From the NCBI GenBank assembly GCA_036478295.1, contig JAZGDW010000233.1, positions 1-19,531 on the forward strand: a DNA stretch of 19,531 bases, given 5' to 3'. The DNA comes from Candidatus Krumholzibacteriia bacterium (lineage in GTDB: Bacteria > Krumholzibacteriota > Krumholzibacteriia > WVZY01). Positions 9,315-15,425 of this stretch are shown here, in pieces. A program made the position numbers and the translations under genes. The notes under the pieces were generated by a model. That model worked only from the letters and a program-made list of their open reading frames with translations. It had not been told where the DNA came from and made no database searches. Each line of letters starts with the position of its first letter. The stretch's first letter is position 1.

Positions 9315-9502
9315 CACTTCCTCCTGCACAGAGAACCGAACGCCCGGCTACTCAAAAAAGACGGCTCCCAACACTCGAGCTTTCAGGTCGATCGTTGTCC
9401 TTCCCGGAATTCACAAAATTCGGCCGCGGTCCGAGCCAAATCAGTCAAAAAAACCGTGGCCCGGCCGAGCCAACGCGAGGGGGTGCGCCGACCACCAACT
9501 CT

Positions 9503-9532
9503 ATGATAGCCGGGGTCCGTCAGGTGTGTCAA
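9503..9532 (-). promoter_or_regulatory. Candidate sigma70 promoter for gap-pgk-tpiA
   Basis: TTGACA-18 nt-TATCAT on the minus strand just after the comF stop codon. Confidence 0.55.
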
Positions 9533-9541
9533 GTCAAAGCG

Positions 9542-10012
9542 CTACAAAGCCCTAGCAAAGCAGAGCACTTCAAGAGAAATCGCCCCCGCCGCGAAAATAG
9601 CGCAGGCGCAGGCGGCCGCCGTCGCACCAGTGGTCACAAGATCGTCGACGAGGAGCACCCGCTTTCCGGCCAGACCTGACCCGGCGCAGGCAAAGGCCCC
9701 ACGGACGTTCGCCGCCCTCGCGGCGTGAGGCGTTCGAGATTGCCGCGCCGTTCGCTTTACCCTTTTTAGCACATTTCTAATCAAAGGGATATCGAGTTCG
9801 TGCTGGAGGTGCCTTGCGATATCCTCGGGTAGATTTATGCCGTGCCGTCCAACCCGCGTCACGGGCACGGGAACGAGCACCGTCGTCGAATCGGACCCGT
9901 GACCGAGGCGGCGGTACGCGTCCTCAAGTGTTTCCGCAACTGGCTGCGCCAGACCCCAGTACCGATCGAACTTGATCAAGTGGACTATTTTCAACGGGTT
10001 ATCACTGGTCAT
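9542..10012 (-). pseudogene. comF: ComF family protein, C-terminal (phosphoribosyltransferase-like) fragment
   Basis: Motifs LVPVP, RQSRTPHAARAANVRGAF and PRPP-binding VLLVDDLVTTGAT. Begins exactly at the target-site duplication of the IS. Confidence 0.9.
10005..10012. repeat. Left 8-bp target-site duplication CTGGTCAT
   Basis: Identical to 12741-12748; both directly flank the terminal inverted repeats. Confidence 0.93.
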
Positions 10013-10074
10013 CGGGACTGTGTACTTGTCGCAATCCCAATGAAATCAATGCAATAGGCGGGATTCTGGCGTAA

Positions 10075-10236
10075 TTACTTCTTACGCTTGGGCTTCCGCT
10101 TCTTTTGGGGCTTCTCTGGCCAGCCTTCCTTCGGACGCTCTTTCTTGAGAGCTTTGTCGACAGCGTCCTGCCAATCACCGTCAATATTGACGTGTTCCGG
10201 CTGTCTGCCACGCTTTTTGGGTTTTTCTTTGTTCAT
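10075..10236 (-). CDS. Small basic hypothetical protein (53 aa), IS passenger
   Basis: Below the ORF-track cutoff. Manual translation: MNKEKPKKRGRQPEHVNIDGDWQDAVDKALKKERPKEGWPEKPQKKRKPKRKK*. Alternative ATG at 10242. Confidence 0.6.
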   Translation of the reverse strand: MNKEKPKKRGRQPEHVNIDGDWQDAVDKALKKERPKEGWPEKPQKKRKPKRKK

Positions 10237-10247
10237 CAGCATACTTG

Positions 10248-10276
10248 TTGACAGAAGTGCTGAGATGATTTAGATT
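10248..10276 (+). promoter_or_regulatory. Candidate sigma70 promoter for the 163-aa ORF and tRNA
   Basis: TTGACA (10248-10253)-17 nt-TAGATT (10271-10276); SD AAGGAG at 10294-10299. Confidence 0.65.
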
Positions 10277-10309
10277 TCCTTACGTCGAAGCCCAAGGAGC
10301 GATAGAGAC

Positions 10310-10801
10310 ATGATTAAGCTACGAGTCCCCTGGAACCAATCGCATATCGAAGGCGAATTCGACAATGTTGTCGAAGCCGCTGAATTTATTCGTGCTCTTG
10401 CTAACGGTACCGCTGCACCGTCCAATTCTCAAATGGCATTCGACTTAGGAGAAATTGAAGGGTCCACAGTTGGATTATCGTGGTCAGACGACGATATGTC
10501 CAGGCAAATGTCTTTCTTGCAGGGAGTCGCGAAAGCCAAGAAGGGCATTCTCACTAGAGATTTGGCAAAAGCGTTAGGCATGTCAGACGCTAGGGGTATC
10601 GGTGGGATCATGGCTGGGCTTGGCCGCAGGTTGAATAAATTGGATCTCAAACCAACGTCTGTGGTTAGGAAAAGAAAAACCAAAGCGGGCTTGAAGTATT
10701 CCCCCGGCCCCGAGATTCTTAAGGCGATTAAGCTTTTGGAAATGGCAGAAATTCTGGAGGAAGTGGGCGAGGAACACGGAAAAAAAGGCAGCCCGCCGTA
10801 A
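10310..10801 (+). CDS. Hypothetical protein, putative winged helix-turn-helix DNA-binding domain, IS passenger
   Basis: Has promoter and SD. GILTRDLAKALGMSDARGIGGIMAGLGRRL followed by a basic beta-hairpin-like VVRKRKTKAGLKYS looks like a wHTH (inferred by eye). Confidence 0.7.
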   Translation: MIKLRVPWNQSHIEGEFDNVVEAAEFIRALANGTAAPSNSQMAFDLGEIEGSTVGLSWSDDDMSRQMSFLQGVAKAKKGILTRDLAKALGMSDARGIGGIMAGLGRRLNKLDLKPTSVVRKRKTKAGLKYSPGPEILKAIKLLEMAEILEEVGEEHGKKGSPP

Positions 10802-10823
10802 GCAAGCTGCCTTTCAGGAGATT

Positions 10824-10909
10824 GCGGGCGTGGCGAAAATGGCAAACGCACTCGCTTTGGAAGCGAGCGCGGATTTTTCCGCATCCGGGTTCGAGCCCCG
10901 GCGTCCGCA
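10824..10909 (+). tRNA. Non-canonical class II tRNA: tRNA-Leu-type body with UGG (Pro) anticodon, no encoded CCA
   Basis: Acceptor GCGGGCG/CGTCCGC; D-arm GCG-AAAATGGCAAA-CGC; anticodon arm CTCGC-TTTGGAA-GCGAG (TGG at 10858-10860); variable arm GCGGA-TTTT-TCCGC; T-arm CCGGG-TTCGAGC-CCCGG; discriminator A at 10909. Confidence 0.9.
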
Positions 10910-10974
10910 AAATATGTCCAACCCGAAAGGATGGTGGTTACCTTGAGAGTTTGACCAAGCCCTTCGAGGGTGAC

Positions 10975-10997
10975 GGGGCCGGAGGAAACCCGGCCCC
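10975..10997. terminator. Strong GC hairpin, possible terminator of the ORF-tRNA transcript
   Basis: GGGGCCGG-AGGAAAC-CCGGCCCC, an 8-bp perfect stem. It is followed by ATATACT rather than a clean U-tract. Confidence 0.4.
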
Positions 10998-11003
10998 ATA
11001 TAC

Positions 11004-11034
11004 TGCTTATAAGCGCTTATAAGCACTGTGTCAA
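11004..11034 (-). promoter_or_regulatory. Perfect 22-bp palindrome (operator-like) overlapping a candidate minus-strand promoter
   Basis: TGCTTATAAGCGCTTATAAGCA at 11004-11025. Minus strand reads TTGACA (11034-11029)-17 nt-TATAAG (11011-11006). Confidence 0.6.
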
Positions 11035-11126
11035 GAACTAATCTATTATCCTGCTTTGAGTTAAATCGCCCATGCTCTTGTAACCGTATCGGGTGAAACT
11101 ATTTGCCAACTATTTTAATTTTTTAC

Positions 11127-11155
11127 TTGACGCAAACATCCTATTGTGTTATAGT
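11127..11155 (+). promoter_or_regulatory. Sigma70 promoter of the transposase (predicted leaderless mRNA)
   Basis: TTGACG (11127-11132)-17 nt-TATAGT (11150-11155) with extended -10 TG and an AT-rich upstream tract. The ATG begins 7 nt after the -10 box. Confidence 0.7.
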
Positions 11156-11161
11156 TAAGAC

Positions 11162-12130
11162 ATGAAAAAGAAGAAAAATAGTAAGGTAGCGGGTGACAAA
11201 TGTAAGGTAATTGCAGAAATACCAATAGCTTGCCAAGATGAGCAGGCAGCCGTGGAGTTCCTGGAAAAGCACCGGTGGAGCGATGATCCATGCTGTCCCC
11301 GGTGTGGGAGCGTGTCGGTCTACCAGATGGTCAGTCGCACGACTGGCAGGCGAAACGCCCGGTATCTCTGGATGTGCCGAGACTGCAAACGCCAGTATAC
11401 GGTTAGAATCGGCACCGTCTTCGAGGATAGCCGTATCCCGCTCAAACACTGGTGCTATGCCTTTTGGGCCGCGTGTGCGTCTAAGAAGGGCGTGAGTGCC
11501 CTTCAGATTAAGCGTATGACGGGGCTCTCGTATAAGAGCGCCCTTTTCATGATGCACCGTATCCGCTACGCCATGGCAGACGATCCCAAGACACCACGCA
11601 AGCTAACCGGGGTCGTGGAATGCGATGAGACTTACGTTGGTGGTCGCCCGCGCTACCCCAAGAAAGGTATGGGCAAGTCTTTGGATTGGATGGACAGGAA
11701 AACGCCGGTGCTGGCCATGGTGGAGCGTGGTGGTAATGCCAGGGCCATGGCAATTCCGAACGTCAAAGGTGTAACACTGTGGACGCACCTAAGGCGCCAC
11801 ATAGATCAGGAAGCAACGCTAATGACCGATGAGCTGCACGCCTACAAGCGCATCGGGAAGCCATTCAAGAAGCACTACCGGATAAAACACGGTCTGGGCC
11901 AGTACGTCAAAGGGGACGTTCATACTAACACGGTTGAGGGATTTTTCAGCCTGCTAAAGCGCGGAATTATCGGCACGTTTCACAGTGTATCCAAGAAACA
12001 CTTACACCGATACGTTGCTGAGTTTGAATTCAGGTACAACACGCGCCGACAGGGAGATGGGGAAAGGCTGGCGAAAGCGATAAAAAGCGCCCAGGGGAAG
12101 CGTTTGAAATACAAAGATCAGGTGAGCTGA
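11162..12130 (+). CDS. IS1595 family DDE transposase
   Basis: N-terminal zinc ribbon CPRCG...CRDC; KGVSALQIKR HTH region; catalytic motifs ECDETY, MTDE, HTNTVEGFF; C-terminal RYVAEFEFRYN. Frame is intact, 322 aa. Confidence 0.96.
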   Translation: MKKKKNSKVAGDKCKVIAEIPIACQDEQAAVEFLEKHRWSDDPCCPRCGSVSVYQMVSRTTGRRNARYLWMCRDCKRQYTVRIGTVFEDSRIPLKHWCYAFWAACASKKGVSALQIKRMTGLSYKSALFMMHRIRYAMADDPKTPRKLTGVVECDETYVGGRPRYPKKGMGKSLDWMDRKTPVLAMVERGGNARAMAIPNVKGVTLWTHLRRHIDQEATLMTDELHAYKRIGKPFKKHYRIKHGLGQYVKGDVHTNTVEGFFSLLKRGIIGTFHSVSKKHLHRYVAEFEFRYNTRRQGDGERLAKAIKSAQGKRLKYKDQVS

Positions 12131-12150
12131 AAACTTGGGCCAGTACAAAA

Positions 12151-12699
12151 TTAGAAAACTCGTTTAGCTTCTGTTGGCGAAGAAGTGGAAAGCCGAAAAT
12201 TAAGGTCAGAATCAATAACAAAGCGATATTCCTTTTTGTCTACGTTGTTGCCATAAATCTCAATTCTTAACTCGTAATACTTCTCAGGCCGCTCAACCCA
12301 ATGAGGGCAAGTTGCACATACTGGTTCGAGTCCTCTGAAACCGCTACTATCTTCAACAGTTCGAAGAACGCTTACCAGAACTGTGTGCCGTGGTGAAATA
12401 TTGAATTCATAAGCATCTTCGTCCCTGCAAAATAGTGGTGATCGAAGACGCTCAGAAATAACTTCAACATCTGACCCGTTCGGGTTCACGAATTCAACCA
12501 AGTCAGCTCTTACGTTTTCTGCCAACCAATTTCTGCTTATGTTTTGTAGTGCTATTTCCCACACAGTCCCCCTTAACTCTGGCATGTGGTGTTTCCGCTC
12601 AATTCGAAAAGGGCGGCCCCACGATACCTTGATCCTCGGCTTCAACCTGAAAACCTTACTGTGAAGCCAAACAGCGCAATCAAAGAGATTCCACAACAT
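12151..12699 (-). CDS. Hypothetical protein, IS passenger convergent with the transposase
   Basis: 182-codon ORF in AT-rich sequence with alternating beta-strand-like patterns (VWEIALQN, VLVSV, YELRIEIYG, YRFVID). No family recognised; start uncertain. Confidence 0.65.
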   Translation of the reverse strand: MLWNLFDCAVWLHSKVFRLKPRIKVSWGRPFRIERKHHMPELRGTVWEIALQNISRNWLAENVRADLVEFVNPNGSDVEVISERLRSPLFCRDEDAYEFNISPRHTVLVSVLRTVEDSSGFRGLEPVCATCPHWVERPEKYYELRIEIYGNNVDKKEYRFVIDSDLNFRLSTSSPTEAKRVF

Positions 12700-12740
12700 C
12701 GCGTTATCGTATCACAATTTGCATCAAGTACATACTTCCC

Positions 12741-12748
12741 CTGGTCAT
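12741..12748. repeat. Right 8-bp target-site duplication CTGGTCAT
   Basis: Identical to 10005-10012. Confidence 0.93.
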
Positions 12749-13255
12749 GAAGGGCGCGACAATTGGGATCGACACCTGGCCCTGGGGCCCACCGATCTCC
12801 GGGCCCGGTTCCGTGTCCACCGCGGGTTCGTCCCCGGTGTTGGGCGGCTCGAACCGTTCGCCGGTAGTCGTCGTTACCGCGCGGCCAGCATCGGCCCATC
12901 CCAACAACCCCGCCGTCCGGCCCGGCTCGAACCCCCCCGCACAACGCTCGCAAACGGGGTGATTACGAAGCGAAATGATCCGTAAGAAGGAGCGGGTCAC
13001 CGGACGGAGGAAGTAACCACTGAGCCCAGCCGCTTCACACGCCGTGGGCCCGGGCACACGACCCGATCCGCAGAGCGCGCACAGGTCTTCGACGAGAAAG
13101 TCCAGCACAGCCTGCGCGCCCGCGCTCGCCAAATGCGAGAACGCGCTTCGTGCAAAAAGAAAAGCCGAACCAGCACGCTGCGCGCTTCCGGCCTCGCCTT
13201 CCTTGCCCGCCCGATCCCCTCGATCCACACCCTTCACCTCCGACGGGATTGTCAT
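12741..13255 (-). pseudogene. comF: ComF family protein, N-terminal (zinc-ribbon-like) fragment
   Basis: ATG 13255 overlaps the lgt TGA (ATGA). Contains LDFLVEDLCALCG and VCERC. Reads VAPFMT into the TSD, then runs into IS sequence and stops at 12704. Confidence 0.85.
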
Positions 13256-14070
13256 GATGTTGGCCCTGCGGATGCGACCTTTCGCGTCTTCAGCTCCGTC
13301 TTTCTCAAGAGCAAGAAGAGACCGATCGAGAACAGGCCCACGCTGAGCCACTGGTTCAGCGTAAGGTCCAGGAACATTCGCATGCTTTGTTCATAGTACC
13401 GAAAAAAGTCCAACGTGAAACGAAAGACACCGTAGAGAACGAGTAGCGCTCCGAACGCCGCCCCGCGTTTGACGAGCTTTTTTTCGGCCAGCATCAGGAT
13501 GGTAAATGTCACGAATCCAAAGAACGAGGCGTAGAGCTGCGTTGGATGTAGGTGCACGATTTCTCCGGCCTGGGCGGCCAGCCCGCGAGCGTACGCGCCC
13601 GCCGCCGATTCCGGTGGAAACACCACGCCCCACGCTTGTTCTGTCGGCTTGCCGAAGCAGCAGCCGCTCAGATAACACCCCACACGCGTCACCATGATAC
13701 CCAACGCGAGTGCGGGACTCAAGATGTCCCCCATCAGGAGAAAATCGATGTTTTTCTTCGCCGCATAAACGTAGGCGGCGAATATCGCGAGCAGGAAACC
13801 ACCGTACAACGTCGCGCCTCCCTGCCACAGGGCGAAGATATCCAGGAAGCTGTTGTACTCGTCCAGATGAAACACAACGTACAGGAGCCGGGAGCCGATC
13901 ACGCCGGTGAGAATCAAATAGACGCTCAGGTCGAGGACGTGCTGTGGATCCACGCCGTAACGTTTCGCGCGCCAGGACGACAGATAGATGCCGATCAGAA
14001 AACTCAACGCCAGCATGAATCCGAACGCGTAAACGTTGAACCAACCGAATTTCACCAAAACGGGGTGCAT
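13252..14070 (-). CDS. lgt: Prolipoprotein diacylglyceryl transferase
   Basis: MHPVL start, GSRLLYV, WQGGATLYGG, RVGCYLSGCCFG, HPTQLY, YGVFRFTLDFFR. Confidence 0.94.
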   Translation of the reverse strand: MHPVLVKFGWFNVYAFGFMLALSFLIGIYLSSWRAKRYGVDPQHVLDLSVYLILTGVIGSRLLYVVFHLDEYNSFLDIFALWQGGATLYGGFLLAIFAAYVYAAKKNIDFLLMGDILSPALALGIMVTRVGCYLSGCCFGKPTEQAWGVVFPPESAAGAYARGLAAQAGEIVHLHPTQLYASFFGFVTFTILMLAEKKLVKRGAAFGALLVLYGVFRFTLDFFRYYEQSMRMFLDLTLNQWLSVGLFSIGLFLLLRKTELKTRKVASAGPTS

Positions 14071-14177
14071 ACCTTGTCTCGATCCTTATCAACCTTCGAG
14101 ATCGAGCCCTGTCCAACCACCGAGAGGCCAGGGGCTCCGGTCACGAAGCGCTACACCGCTTTGAGGGCGGCGCAGCG

Positions 14178-15425
14178 TCAGTACTCGTACCATTTCACAC
14201 TACAATTTAGCAAGAATCCAACGAGGAAGCAACTCACGACCAGCGAGCTGCCACCGTAGCTAAGAAAAGGAACGGGGATTCCTGTGACCGGGGCCATGCC
14301 GGTTACCATCGCGATGTTGATAAACGTTTGAAAGAAAAAATACGCGGCGATGCCGATGCACACCGTACTCGCGAACTGGCCCTTGGCCTTTACGGCAATG
14401 GCGAGCGCGCGGGAGACGAGTACCGCGAACAGCACCAGCACGAGCAGCGCTCCGGCGAAGCCCATTTCTTCGCCGAGCACCGAAAAAACGAAATCCGTGT
14501 GCTTGGCAGGCAGAAACTCCAACGCTTTCTGCGTGCCCTCCAGAAAGCCCTTCCCGGAGAGTCCCCCGGAGCCAATGGCAATCTTGGACTGAAACACCTG
14601 CCAGCCGGCCCCCAGCCTTTCCGATTCGGGATTGAGAAAAGTGCTAATGCGAGACTGCTGGTAGGGTTTCAGGTGGTTCAAAATGATCGGGCCCACGAAA
14701 CCGACGCCCAAGTTGGCGACAACCAGCGTAATGCTCTCGCGCGGGTTCGAACGTCCCATATAGGCGACCACAAAAATCAGAACGATGTAGACGCCGAACG
14801 GCCACGAGTGCTTGAGGATCTGCCCGCAGTAGATGATCAAAACCCCTGCGACCACCGGGGAGATTATGAAGAATATCTGGCGGCCGCGGAGCCCTCTCCA
14901 GTACAAGACGGGAAGCAGCATGACGAGAAGGATAATCGCCGTGCCTAGATCCGGCTGCCGCAGAACGAGAAGGAACGGCACCAGCAATAGTCCGATCGAT
15001 GCGAACATCTTCTTTGCCCGGTCCATGCCGCCCATGTGTCCCGATAGCACACGTCCCCATACGAACAGCAGTGCAATCTTGGCTAACTCCGACGGCTGCA
15101 AACGCATGGGGCCGATAGAAATCCAGCGCTGTGCCGTGTCTCCGCTGCCGGCGAACAGGACGACAACCAGCAGCACCACACAAAAGAGATAGTACAAGTA
15201 GGCGAGGGCCTCGAAGTATCGAACGGGGACGGCAAACCCGATCAGCATGGCGACGATACCGAAACACACCCAAATCAGCTGGCGGTTGAAATACTGGTAG
15301 TCCACGTCCTGCGAGAATCCGCTCTGGGCAGGATGGAAAACTGAATAAATGAGACTGAGCCCGATAATGCACAGCAAGACCGATGTCGTCAGCACCAGCG
15401 AGTCGATGTCCCGGCTCACCCTCAT
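14178..15425 (-). CDS. rodA: Rod shape-determining protein RodA (SEDS glycosyltransferase)
   Basis: Motifs QRWI, QPSELAK, QPDLGTA, SKIAIGSGG, HTDFVF, PFLSYGGSS; follows mrdA. Confidence 0.96.
   Translation of the reverse strand: MRVSRDIDSLVLTTSVLLCIIGLSLIYSVFHPAQSGFSQDVDYQYFNRQLIWVCFGIVAMLIGFAVPVRYFEALAYLYYLFCVVLLVVVLFAGSGDTAQRWISIGPMRLQPSELAKIALLFVWGRVLSGHMGGMDRAKKMFASIGLLLVPFLLVLRQPDLGTAIILLVMLLPVLYWRGLRGRQIFFIISPVVAGVLIIYCGQILKHSWPFGVYIVLIFVVAYMGRSNPRESITLVVANLGVGFVGPIILNHLKPYQQSRISTFLNPESERLGAGWQVFQSKIAIGSGGLSGKGFLEGTQKALEFLPAKHTDFVFSVLGEEMGFAGALLVLVLFAVLVSRALAIAVKAKGQFASTVCIGIAAYFFFQTFINIAMVTGMAPVTGIPVPFLSYGGSSLVVSCFLVGFLLNCSVKWYEY

Larger units (their letters stand above)
10013..12740 (+). 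mobile_element. IS1595-family transposon with passenger genes (2728 bp)
   Basis: IS1595-type transposase and 8-bp TSD. Left end CGGGACTGTGTACTTGTCGCAA (10013-10034) versus reverse complement of right end GGGAAGTATGTACTTGATGCAA (12719-12740), 16/22 identical with core TGTACTTG. Visibly more AT-rich than the flanks. Removing it restores the comF frame. Confidence 0.93.

Noticed and set aside
10824..10909. Annotating the element tRNA as an ordinary tRNA-Pro(TGG), or as an attachment site
   Set aside because: It lacks C1:G72 and G37 and has a long variable arm. It lies inside the IS with no duplicated 3' fragment and no integrase nearby.
10910..11000. Self-cleaving ribozyme (hammerhead or HDV-like/theta) trailing the CCA-less tRNA
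   Set aside because: No CUGANGA hammerhead core, and I could not build the nested double pseudoknot by eye. Kept only as a generic structured-RNA candidate.
10814..11026. Short ORFs on both strands over the element tRNA
   Set aside because: They overlap a fully paired tRNA and hairpins and have no SD or protein-like features.
13256..13351. N-terminal extension of the comF fragment given by the ORF track (start 13351)
   Set aside because: It overlaps lgt by about 100 bp. The ATGA-coupled start at 13255 is more plausible.
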